Source: Camelus dromedarius (lineage: Eukaryota). From it: a stretch of DNA of 64,000 bases. This document shows positions 50,059 through 61,319 of this stretch, in pieces. The translations under genes and the position numbers were made by a program. The stretch lies in contig NC_087472.1 in assembly GCF_036321535.1 (NCBI RefSeq), positions 94,676,001 through 94,740,000 of the forward strand, in the 5' to 3' direction. The notes beneath the pieces are model-generated. The model worked only from the letters and a program-made list of their open reading frames with translations. It ran no database searches and was not told the origin of the DNA. Within the stretch, counting starts at the first letter, position 1; the number at the start of each line of letters is the position of its first letter.

Positions 50059-51384
50059 GTATATTGAGGACTTACCATGTCACAGAAATAGGCATCAGAT
50101 TTCAAAAATGGCCAAGGAAGAATTCTCCATCCCAAGGGACTTGTCATCTATCCAGGAGTCAGGTATTGAGCATTCCACAGGAGCCGCAGGACAGAGGAAA
50201 GGAAAGCCGCAATGAGAACTCAGAAAGAAGCCTCAGTACCTTCTTTTAGGTGGGAGAAGGGGTGAGAGAGGGGGAAATAGTCCAGGTCAAACTAGTTAAA
50301 CATGATGATTCAAAAATATGTACACTCCTGGGAAAATAGCTGGATAAATGCTGATTGAAAGCTAGACTGCTACAGAATTATAACGCCAAGATAAGGAGTT
50401 TGGGCTTCAGTCCAATTCCTCCATAATTAATACTAGCATTAATGTTATTTTAACATATATTTAATTAATGACCATTATATATAAGGCACTGGGCCAAGTA
50501 TTGGTGATATTTGTGAAATGGGATAGATACGGCTCCAGCCTTCATGAAGCCTATATTATTACTTATAAAAAATTTTAAAGTATAGTATCTACCATTTATT
50601 GAGTAACCACTACATTTCTGTGTAGTACATTATAAATTTCATCATAACAACAAGTTGGAGGTTGTTTCTAGTTTTATTGTATGTGAGCAGCAACTGCAGG
50701 ACAGAGGTCAATGCCATCTCTAAGACCACACTATGACAAATTAGTGACTCCAAGTACCCTGCCACTCCCATTACACCACATTATCTGCAGCACTGATGAT
50801 TTGCTGATGAAGTTCTCTAGCAGAATCACAATTTATAAGTAAGGATTTTGAGGCATTTATCAGTTTAGGGTTATAGATTTCAGAGCTGAAGAGAACTTTT
50901 AAAAATATCTAATCTCTCATTTTCCTTTTATGTCTGAAGTCCAGTGATGTTAGGGGACCATTCCAGGTTTGGGCAATGGAGTATCTGGACTCTCCAGGAA
51001 GGATCCTTTTTCCCACACAAACAAATCCAGTTATTCCAGCCTCCAGCTCCAGAAATACACTAGCAAGCAAAGCAGAATAGACCTTGACCTCATGAAGCTT
51101 AGAGTCTGGTTGAAGAGAACAAGATAGTTCTTGGGGTAAAACAGTGTTAATGTTTTCCTATGAAACCTGCCAAATGTCATCTTACACCCTTAATTGTGGG
51201 GGGTAAGGCAATCCTGGAAGTAAGATATTGTCATAAACATTGTCTTCTGCAACCTACTAATTGCCTGTAATTCTGAGTAAGATATTTTTCCAATAGAGTC
51301 ACCTTTGTGTTATCTTTCCATAGAATCTGTGTGAAATGACCCATTTTTGGTTCTAGTCTTACCTCTTTTCCTTGCTATCATCAA

Positions 51385-51505
51385 AAAATTAGATGAATGT
51401 TAACTAAACTTATTGTGATCATTTCACAATAAAGATAACATATTGAATCATTTTGTTGTACACCTGAAACTAATGTAATGTCGAGTACATCTCAATTTAA
51501 AAAAC
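51385..51505 (+). mobile_element. L1MA 3' terminal fragment
   Basis: ATGTTAACTAAACTTATTGTGATCATTTCACAAT...TGTACACCTGAAACTAAT. Confidence 0.7.
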
Positions 51506-53339
51506 TAGTTTTAATTTCAAATGCCATAAAAAGAACTTGGTTTTAATTACTTTTATAGTGTTAAAGTGCTCCTTTGGAAAATCTGGTTCTAAGATCTCTA
51601 AATATGAAATTGATAACATATACAATGATTTTCAATTGTTCTTAATCCGAATGTATGTGCAATTTGTCAGGGTTGAATTTTGGATTTAAATAGATGGGTG
51701 TAAAAATTAAGCATTTTTGGCATCACTACCTTTTTAACTAAAAATGACTAAAAGCCTGCTAAGTGATTTAAATATTAAACTCAACAGAAATAATTTCTTT
51801 CAGTTTAAATTACTTAGGCACCTATCAGAAGATGGGCATTCGACATAGGAGAAAGATAGAGCTAATTGGTGTTTTACTCTATTTTCTTTTATAAATATTA
51901 TTGAGAAAGTGATTTTAGGCCTATAGAGAAATAGAGAATGAAAGTACCTCACAGATTTTATCTAGTTATTGCTGTACCCAAGGGTCTAAGAGGCTCAAGA
52001 CTAGAAAGATTTACCATTGACTTACTGAATATCTCTGTGGTCTACAGATAACACATGTGGAGAGTCAGAATTTGCTTTAGAAAGTGTGACATGCCAAGGA
52101 ATTATAGGAAGTATATAGTTAAGAATTTCCATCTCAAGATACCAAATGTCATATAGACACCTCAATGTAAAATAATGATTATCAAGCTAGCAATCAGGTG
52201 GCTGCTAGTGGATAGCTATGTCATGAAAACAGCAAGAAAGATGCAGAAGGTTGTAACTTGTAGCAGCAAAGCTAAACCGACTGAATATCTTTAACTCTGT
52301 GTGACAACTCAAATTAGATGTGATCTCGTCTACTTGCCAAAACACACTGTGTTCAGAGGCAAGTTTTCTGCTACCTGGACAGTGTATAAGTGAGCCAGGA
52401 GCTGGATGAGAGAAGATATTTAGCATTCCTCATTGGCACGTTATTTGTGCTTGTTCTCTTATGTTCTATCAGTTTGCTCTCCTTTAGATGGAAAAAGAGT
52501 CATCATTGTTCTCATCACTGCATTTTAGATGCTGGGAGAGTTCCAAATTTAATTAGACTACATTTTCTTTCTTAATATGGCAAAACACGCACTTAGCTAT
52601 CAAATTTGACCCTGTCACATACATATCCCCCATGTTTAAATAAGAATGAATGTTTATACTGTTTCTAACATAGATGGATTATTTTTTCAAATCTTGCATT
52701 ATTTCCATGATGTTATCAATACAGCTCTTTAAAAATATAAGTAGATATCACAGATTTAGATTGCTTTATTTACAACTTTCCCAAACTCCCTCCCTACTGA
52801 CCTTTTACAATGCCTGAATTAATTGTACTGGTGCTGTTTTATCTCTGGGAGAGATGTCCTCAGAAACTAGAAGCAAGATTAATCCTTATGACTTTGAGAA
52901 CAAGCAATCTGGTCATAAACACCATTGTACTTTCAAATAAGTATTCACACCTTAACAAGAATGCACATGTATGGACCATCATACTTCTGAAAGCTCAGTC
53001 TCTGGAGAAAACTTCACTGTCAAGCTAATGTCAATTAGCATATCACCTTGGCTATGGTCAACTTATCACAGTGTTAAAGCTGTAGCACTTAATACAGTGA
53101 ATATAAATAGATGACAACAAATATTTGTTAGATGAATGGATACACTGCCAATTTGTTTAATCATTATAATTTAATCAAAACAGGGTGAAACTCTAATACT
53201 GGAAATTTGTATGAAACAACTATTTTGAGACATTGGCAACAGAAAACCCAGAGTAAACATTTTTGTAGAACGCCATTAGTAGTTTTTACCAATCAACACG
53301 TTTATTCATAAGATCTACCTGACAGAAAGGACCATAGAT

Positions 53340-53520
53340 CAACAGTCTGAACTTTCGCTTCAAAGCAAATATTAACAGGAGATTTTTAAAAGTTCAAATC
53401 CCAGGGCGCATCCCAGACCAACTAAATCAGGAAATCTTGGGTCAGACCCAGGCATCAGTATTTTTAGAGCCTAATGAAGGCTTCCAATGTTGCAGCCATG
53501 GTTAAGATCCATGATTTTAG
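53340..53520. mobile_element. MER5B-like MITE
   Basis: CCCAGACCAACTAAATCAG..ACCCAGGCATCAGTATTTTTA..TGCAGCCATGGTTAAGA. Confidence 0.65.
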
Positions 53521-53600
53521 AGAGTACCATAAAACTTGACTTTGGCCTGGATGAAATGTATAATAAATGCTTTTGCTTTAACCTCATAGCACTTACTTTT

Positions 53601-53700
53601 GTTATTGTTGTTATTGTCGCTGGGTACTGGAGATTGAACCCAGGACTTTGTGCGTGCTAAGCATGCCCTCTACCACGGCACTAGGCCCCCACATCACTTT
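53601..53700 (-). mobile_element. tRNA-Ala-derived SINE (Vic-1-like) with perfect 15-bp TSD
   Basis: Minus strand GGGGG..GTGGTAGAG.GCATGCTTAGCACGCAC.AAGTCCTGGGTTCAATCTCCAGTACC has A/B boxes and an AGC anticodon loop, with an (AATAAC)-type tail. TSD ATAGCACTTACTTTT at 53586-53600 and 53701-53715. Confidence 0.9.
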
Positions 53701-54149
53701 ATAGCACTTACTTTTAAATCTTCCCTTTTTACCCTTGTCACATTGCACTGAAATTATTTTTAGTCGCTATTCCAGAAAATTGAAAGTTCCTTCAAGGCAG
53801 GTCAGTATCTTTTTTTTTTTTTTTTAACATTTTTTATTGATTTATAATCATTTTATAATGTTGTGTCAAATTCCAGCGTAGAGCAAAATTTTTCAGTTAT
53901 ACATGAACATATATATATTCATTGCCACATTTTTTTTCTCTGTGAGCTACCACAAGATCTTGTGTATATTTCCCTGTGCTATACAGTATAATCTTGTTCA
54001 TCTATTCTACAATTTTGAAATCCCGTCTATCCCTTCCCACCCTCTGCCCTCTTGGCAACCACAAGTTTGTATTCTATGTCTATGAGTCTGTTTCTGTTTT
54101 GTATTTATGCTTTGTTTGTTTGTTTTAGTTTAGTTTTGTTTTTTTAGAT

Positions 54150-57100
54150 TCCACATATGAGTGATCTCATATGGTATTTTTCTTTCTCTTTCTGGCTTAC
54201 TTCACTTAGAACGACATTCTCCAGGAGCATCCATGTTGCTGCAAATGGCATTATGTTGTCAGTTTTAATGGCTCAGTAGTATTCCATCGTATAAATATAC
54301 CACCTCTTCTTTATCCAGTCATCCGTTGATGGACATTTAGGCTGTCTCCATGTCTTCGCTATTGTAAATAGTGCTGCTATGAACATTGGGGTGCAGGTGT
54401 CATCCTGAAGTAGGGTTCCTTCTGGATATATGCCCAGGAGTGGGATTCCCGGGTCATACGGTAAGTCTATTCCTAGTCTTTTGAGGAAACTCCATACTGT
54501 TTTCCACAGTGGCTGCACCAAACTGCATTCCCACCAGCAGTGTAGGAGGGTACCCCTTTCTCCACAGCCTCTCCAGCATTTGTCATTTGTGGATTTTTGA
54601 ATGATGGCCATTCTGACTGGTGTGAGGTGATACCTCATCGTAGTTTTGATTTGCATTTCTCTGATAATTAGTGATATTGAGCATTTTTTTCATGTGTCTA
54701 TTGATCATTTGTATGTCTTCCTTGGAGAATTGCTTGTTTAGGTCTTCTGCCCATTTTTGGATTGGGTTGTTTGGTTGTTTCTTATTAAGTCATATGAGCT
54801 GCTTATATATTCTGGAGATCAAGCCTTTGTCGGTTTCATTTGCAAAAATTTTCTCCCATTCCGTAGTTTGTCTTTTTGTTTTACTTCTGGTTTCCTTTGC
54901 TGTGCAGAAGCTTGTAAGTTTCATTAGGTCCCATTTGTTTATTCTTGCTTTTATTTCTATTGCTTGAGTCGACTGTTCTAGGAGAACATTTTTGAGATGT
55001 ATGTCAGATAATGTTTTGCCCCTATTTTCTTCTAGGAGGTTTACTGTATCTTGTCTTATGTTTAAGTCTTTGATCCATTTTGAGTTTATTTTTGTGTATG
55101 GTGTAAGGGAGTGTTCTAGCTTCACTGCTTTACATGCTGCTGTCCAGTTTTCCCAACACCATTTGCTGAAGAGACTGTCTTTATTCCATTGTATATTCTT
55201 GCCTCCTTTGTCAAAGATCAGTTGACCAAAAGTATGTGGGTTCATTTCTGGGCTCTCTATTCTGTTCCATTGGTCTATATGTCTGTTTTTGTACCAATAC
55301 CATGCTGTCTTGATGACTGTAGCTCTATAGTATTGTCTGAAGTCTGGGAGAGTTATTCCTCCAGCCTCTTTCTTTCTCTTCAGTAATACTGTGGCAATTC
55401 TAGGTCTTTGATGGTTCCATATAATTATTATTATGATTTGTTCTAGTTCTATGAAATATGTCCTGGATAATTTGATAGGGATTGCATTAAATCTGTAGAT
55501 TGCCTTGGGCAGTGTGACCGTTTTAACAATATTGATTCTTCCAATCCAAGAGCATGGAATATCTTTCCATTTTTTAAAGTCTTCTTTAATTTCCTTCATC
55601 AATGGTTTATAGTTTTCCGTGTATAATTCTTTCACCTCCTTGGTTAGATTTATTCCTAGGTATTTTATTACTTTGGGTGCTATTTTAAAGGGGATTGCTT
55701 CTTTACTTTCTTTTTCTATTGATTCATCATTAGTGTAAAGAAATGCAACTGATTTTTGAATGTTAATCTTGTAACCTGGTACCTTGCTGAATTCTTCGAT
55801 CAGCTCTAGTTGTTTTTGTGTGGACCTTTTAGGGTTTTCTATATATAGTAACATGTCGTCGGCATATAGTGACACTTTTACCTCTTCTTTTCCAATTTGG
55901 ATCCCTTTTATTTCTCTCTCTTGCCTGATTGCTGTGGCTAGGACTTCCAAGACTATGTTGAATAGGAGTGGTGAGAGTGGGCAGGCTTGTCTTGTCCCAG
56001 ATTTTAGTGGGAAGCTTTTGAGTTTTTCACCATTGAGTACTATGCTGGCTGTAGGTTTGTCATATATAGCTTTTATTATGTTGAGATATGTTCCCTCTAT
56101 ACCCACTTTGGTGAGAGTTTTTATCATAAATGGGTGTTGAATTTAATCAAATGCTTTTTCTGCATCGATTGAGATGATCATGTGGTTTTTGTCCTTTCTC
56201 TTGTTGATGTGATGTATTACATTGATTGATTTGCGTATGTTGAACCACCCTTGTGTCCCTGGGATGAACCCCACTTGGTCATGATGTATAATCTTTTTTA
56301 TGTGTTGTTGGATTCTATTTGCTAATATTTTGGTGAGGATTTTGGCATCTATGTTCATCAGTGATATTGGCCTATAATTCTCTTTTTTTGTAGTGTTTTT
56401 GTCTGGTTTTGGTATCAGGGTGATGGTGGCTTCATAGAATGAGTTTGGGAGTATTCCCTCCTTTCAATCTTCTGGAAGAGTTTGAGAAGGACTGGTATAA
56501 GTTCTTCTCTGTATGTTTGGTAGAATTCCCCAGTGAAGCCGTCCAATCCTGGACTTTTATTTGTAGGGAGGTTTTTTATTGCTATTTCGATTTCATTTCT
56601 AGTGATCGGTTTGTTCAAGTGGTCAGTTTCTTTTTGATTCAGTCTTGGTGGACTGTATGTTTCCAGAAACTTGTCCATCTCCTCTAGGTTATCCAGTTTG
56701 GTTCCATATAGTTTTTCATAATATTCTCGTATGATATTCTGTATTTCTATTTTATTTGTTGTAATTTCTCCATTTTCCTTTCTTATTTTGCTAATTTGTG
56801 CTCTGTTTTCTTCTTTGTGAGTTTGGCCAGAGGTTTGTTGATTTTATTTACTTTTTCAAAAAACCAGCTTTTGGTTTGACTTATTTTTTCTATGATTTTT
56901 TTAATCTCTATTTTATTTATTTCCTCACTGATCTTTATAATTTCCTTCCTTCTGCTGCCTTTTGGGGTTTTTTGTTCTTCTTTTTCTAGTTCTTTTAGTT
57001 GGTGGGTTAAATTGTTTATTTGAGATTGTTCTTCTTTTTTGAGTAAGGCCTGTATTGCTATAAACTTCCCTCTTAGCACTGACTTTGCTGTGTCCCATAA

Positions 57101-57943
57101 ATTTTGTGTGGTTGTGCTTTCATTTTCATTTGTCTCAAGGCATTTTTTAATTTCAGCTTTGATTTCCTCATTGACCCATTGGCTTTTTAATAGCATATTG
57201 TTTAATCTCTATGCTTTCCTTTTTTTCTCCTTTGTTGATTTCTAGTTTCATGGCATCATGGTCAGTAAAGATGCTTGAGATAATTTCTATCTTCTTAAAA
57301 TTGTTGAGGTTTCTTTTGTGCCCAAGTACATCATTAGTCTAGAAAATGTTCCATGTGCACTTGAAAAGAATGTATATCCTATTTTTGGGGGGTGTAATGC
57401 TCTGAAAATATCCACCAAATCTAATTTTTCTATTGTATTATTTAGTTTCTCTGTTGCCTTATTTATTTTCTGTCTGGAAGATCGGTCTAGTGATGTTAAT
57501 GCATTGTTAAAATCTCCAACTATGGCTGTATTCCCATCAATATCCTCCTTTATCTCTGTTAGTAATTCTTCTATGTACTTAGGTGCTCCTATATTGGGTG
57601 CATATATATTAATGATTGTAATATCCTCATCTTGTATCACTCCTTTAATCATTATAAAATGTCCTTCTTCATCTTTCTTTATGGCCTTTGTTTTAAAGTC
57701 TAGTTTGTCTGAAATCAGTACTGCAACACCTGCTTTTCTGGCTTTTCCATTTGCATGGAATATTCTTTTCCATCCTTTCACTCTCAATCTATATGTGTCC
57801 TTCTCCCTAAAGTGGGTCTCTTGTATGCAGCATATTGAAGGTTCTTGCTTTATTATCCAGTCTGCCACTCTATGTCTTTTGACTGGAGCATTTAGTCAAT
57901 TAACATTTACAGTAATTAATGATAGATGTGTGTTTATTGCCGT
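54150..57943 (-). pseudogene. L1 ORF2 (endonuclease-RT-CCHC), disrupted
   Basis: Fragments 57287-57868, 56783-57196, 56415-56678, 56143-56358, 54790-56127 (contains YADD) and 54273-54656 (CWRGC..HCWWEC). The presumed start reads ACG (57943-57941) and there is an early TGA (57898-57896). Confidence 0.95.
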
Positions 57944-58319
57944 TTTGAACTTATCTTTGCAGTTGATTTGGTATTTCCTCTTTGTTCCTTTCTTCTTCCT
58001 TTTGTGGTTTGGTAATTTTCCTTTGTATTATCATGGATTTTATTTAGTTTTCGTGACTCCCTTGTAAGTTTTTGGCTTATGGTTACCCTTTTCTGTAAGT
58101 CTGTTAGCCCATTACTATATCTCAAACCCATCCTACCAAAAACAAAAAATTTTAAAAAGAAAAAAAAAAAAACTCTATATTTTCTTGCTTCCCTCTCCCA
58201 CTCTTAATGATTTAGATGTCTTCTTTTACAATTTTGTGCTTATTTTATTTGTAATTCATTAGTTATCACCTTTCCAGTTATGAGCTTCTCATTTCTGTAG
58301 CATCCTGCTGCTTTTCTAT

Positions 58320-59213
58320 TTAGAATAGCCCTTTCAATATTTCTTTTAGCATGGGTTTAGTGTTGCTAAACTCTTTCAGATTTTGCTTGTCTGTGAAATT
58401 CTTTATCTTTCCTTCTATCCTAAAGGATAGCCTTGCTGGATAAAGTATCCTAGGCTGCATCTTTTTTTCATTCAGGACTTTGAATATATCTTGCCACTCC
58501 CTTCTGGCCTGTAGTGTTTGTGTAGAGAAATCAGCTGAGAGCCTTATGGGGGTTCCCTTGTAACTTACTCTTTGCTTTTCTCTTGCTGCCTTTAGAATCA
58601 TTTCTTTATCCTTGACTCTGGCCATCTTGATTATGATATGTCTTGGTGTGGGTCTGTTTGGGTTCTTCCTGTTTGGGACCCTTTGAACTTCCTGTACTTG
58701 GATATCTGATTCCTTCTTTAAGTTTGGAAAGTTTTCAGTCATGATTACTTCAAAAACCTTTTCGATCCCCTTTGATCTTTCTTCCCCTTCTGGGACCTCT
58801 ATTATGCAAAGATTGGCATGCTTTATATTATCCCATAGGTCCCTTATGTTGCTTTCATTTGTTTTTATTTGTTTATCTTGCAGTTGTTCTGATTGGGTGC
58901 TTTCTGTTGCCCTGTCTTCTAGGTCAGTAATTCGTTCCTCTGCATTATCTAGTCTGCTTTGCACAGCCTTTACATTCGTTCTCATCTCAGCCAATGAGTT
59001 TACCAATTCTACTTGGCTCTTCTTTATAGCTTCAATTTCATTTTTGACATATTTTATATCTCTAAACACTATCTCTTTTAGTTCCTTCAATACTTTGATC
59101 ACTCCTTTTTTGAAATCTTGATCTAGTAGGCTATCGATGTCTATTTCATTGATCATTCTTTCAGGGGATTTCTCTTGTTCTTTTAATTGGGAATGGTTTC
59201 TTTGCTTCTTCAT
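58320..59213 (-). CDS. L1 ORF1p (RNA-binding chaperone), uninterrupted 297 aa
   Basis: Coiled coil followed by NIRDLWDNIK..ENFPNL..QVQEVQRVP..RPTPRHIIIK..ARREW..YPARLSF. Confidence 0.9.
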   Translation of the reverse strand: MKKQRNHSQLKEQEKSPERMINEIDIDSLLDQDFKKGVIKVLKELKEIVFRDIKYVKNEIEAIKKSQVELVNSLAEMRTNVKAVQSRLDNAEERITDLEDRATESTQSEQLQDKQIKTNESNIRDLWDNIKHANLCIIEVPEGEERSKGIEKVFEVIMTENFPNLKKESDIQVQEVQRVPNRKNPNRPTPRHIIIKMARVKDKEMILKAAREKQRVSYKGTPIRLSADFSTQTLQARREWQDIFKVLNEKKMQPRILYPARLSFRIEGKIKNFTDKQNLKEFSNTKPMLKEILKGLF

Positions 59214-59344
59214 CTTGCTCCTATCTCTCTGGCACTGTGGCTTATGGAGTATCAGTTATCTATTGTGGTCCTTAAAGGAGTTTATTTATTTATCTATCTA
59301 ATGCCTATGTAGGAATAAAACTTAAAAAATAAAAAAAGGAGAGA

Positions 59345-60050
59345 GAGAGAAAGAGAATTTTAAAAGAAGGGAGAAAAAAAGGTTTGAAAACAGTGTATAA
59401 TCAATTATAGAAGCGCAATTTGAATCAGAGTAGCATTCGTGTTGAAATGTCTTTTTTTTAAAAAACCCTTAAAAAAGGGGAAAAGATCAAAAAACGATAT
59501 TTGAAACCTATTTATAATCAATAACAGGAGATCAAAACCAAAAGAAATGAAAACGAAATCAGGTGGATTTAAAAAGAAAATAATAATGTAACTACTTTAA
59601 AAGAAAAATTTAAAAAGGAATTAAAACTAGAAGCATATACAATTGTTTAGAAAGTAGAAATTGAAAAGGTAATAGAAAATAGAACAGATAAAAAAGATAT
59701 GAGAAAGAGAGATTTTGAAAAAGGGAAGAAAAAAAGGTTTGAAAATAGTGTATAATGAATAATTGAAGAGCAAGTTGAAGCAGAATAGCAATCGGGTTGA
59801 GATGTCTCTTAAAAACCTTTAAAAAAGGAGAAAAGAGGAAAGAAATATATTTGAAACCTGTGTATAATCAGTAACAGGAGATGAAAACCAAGAGAGATAA
59901 AAATGACATGACGTGGATTTTTTTAAAATAATAATAATATTATTTTAAAAGAAAAATTTAAAAGGGATTAAAACTGGGAGGATATATACTTGTTTAAAAA
60001 GTAAAACTTAAAAAGGTAATAGAAAATACAACAGGCAAAAACATATTAAA
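59345..60050. repeat. Diverged ~355-bp AT-rich tandem duplication in the L1 5' UTR
   Basis: AAAAAAAGGTTTGAAAA.AGTGTATAAT, ATATTTGAAACCT, TAACAGGAGAT and AAAAGGTAATAGAAAATA each occur twice ~355-360 bp apart. Confidence 0.9.
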
Positions 60051-60059
60051 AAAAGGGGG

Positions 60060-61201
60060 GGGGGGTGTTCTCCTGGAGACTGTGTGCTCTTAATGAGAAG
60101 TCTTTCTGTCCTCGCCCTGTTTTGTGAACTCAGCTTGCTGTTTCCAGAGACCCTCCGTTGGCGCCCTCATCTGTGCTGCCCCCAGTGCCTGTCAGGCAAG
60201 CAGATCGCACCCCCTCCCAGCACAGCGTTCCTGCGGGAAAGGCGGGGGGCCACCCCCCCCCCCCTCCTGGCACCAGTCGCTCCGCAGCTCTGCGCGGCCA
60301 CGCACTCCGCCCCTGGTCGGCACTCCGCAGGCGGGCCCGGGAAGACCGCAGAACAGCCCTGCCCCTGCTCTGTGCCCAAACTCAGCTCCTTGTTTGTCCT
60401 GGCGGCACGAACTTTGTAAGGCACCAGGACAGAAGGATCCTATCTGACTCGGGCTGCAAACAAGTCACTGTCTGGCCTTTGAGGCTGCGGAGCCCACAGG
60501 CGCAGACTCAGGTATCGCCCCCGCCCCCACCTGGGTGCCAAGCGCTGGAGGATATGGCAGCCGTGCCTGAGCCCCGCCTCTCCTCACCCAATAACCTTCC
60601 GTGGGTTTTCAGAGAGCGGGGTATGTGCCCTTCCCCCCAGGGCACATCAGCCGTGCTGATTTATGGAGGGCGCAGGTGGTCCTTCTCTGTGCATCCACTC
60701 ATCCACGTTGCGCAGCCCCCTGCAGTCCCCCGGGGCTGCCTCAGTGCAGCCGGCCCGTCCCCCGCCCGGCTTGCGCAGCCTGGCCCTGCCCCCAGCTCCC
60801 GGCTCGGGTCTCAGGCTGGGTGTCACAGGGACCCTCTGTGCCCGTTTAACTTAGTTCTGTCAGTCAAGGGCTGCTGTGTACAGATCTGAGCCTCAGAGGC
60901 TCCCCCTCCGTCCTGCTGGCCTCTCCATTGGAGAGAGGAGACCCAGCGAACAAGCGCCAGTCCTCCTTTGCTGCTCCCTCCCCGCGGGACCCGTCACATG
61001 CTGCTTTGCCTTTTCGTCTTTCTTTTTTTCCTTTCTCCTACCAGATTTTCGGCGTCTTTGTCTTTTGAAGAGGACAGTGTTCTGTCAGAGTTCCGCAGGT
61101 GCTCTGGTTGGCTGAGTGGGTCCATGGATGTGAGTCTTGGTGTATCTGTGGGAGAGGGTGAGCTATGAGCGTCCTACTACTCCGCCATCTTGGCCTCGTC
61201 C
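60060..61201 (-). promoter_or_regulatory. CpG/GC-rich L1 internal promoter with YY1 site
   Basis: High GC and CpG content; CAAGATGGCGG at 61192-61182. Confidence 0.8.
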
Positions 61202-61319
61202 CAGGACAGTATCTCATTAACCAGTGTGTACTACTGTTAGCATCCACTGTTTGTAAATATCTTTTCAGGGAGATAATGAATTAATGAATTGACTTTAAAA
61301 CTGAATGAAAAATAACAGA

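Larger units (their letters stand above)
53811..61201 (-). mobile_element. Full-length young L1 (7.39 kb)
   Basis: Poly(T) at 53811; 5' end GGACGAGGCCAAGATGGCGG; TSD CAGGTCAGTATCT (53798-53810) / CAGGACAGTATCT (61202-61214), one mismatch. Confidence 0.97.

Noticed and set aside
53620..53690. Functional tRNA-Ala gene
   Set aside because: Stems are disrupted, and it has a retroposon tail and a TSD, so it is a SINE
54790..56127. Active reverse transcriptase, or a retron/DGR-like system
   Set aside because: It is a fragment of a frameshifted L1 ORF2
57318..59121. Plus-strand hydrophobic ORFs (249 aa, 126 aa)
   Set aside because: Antisense shadows of L1 ORF2 and ORF1
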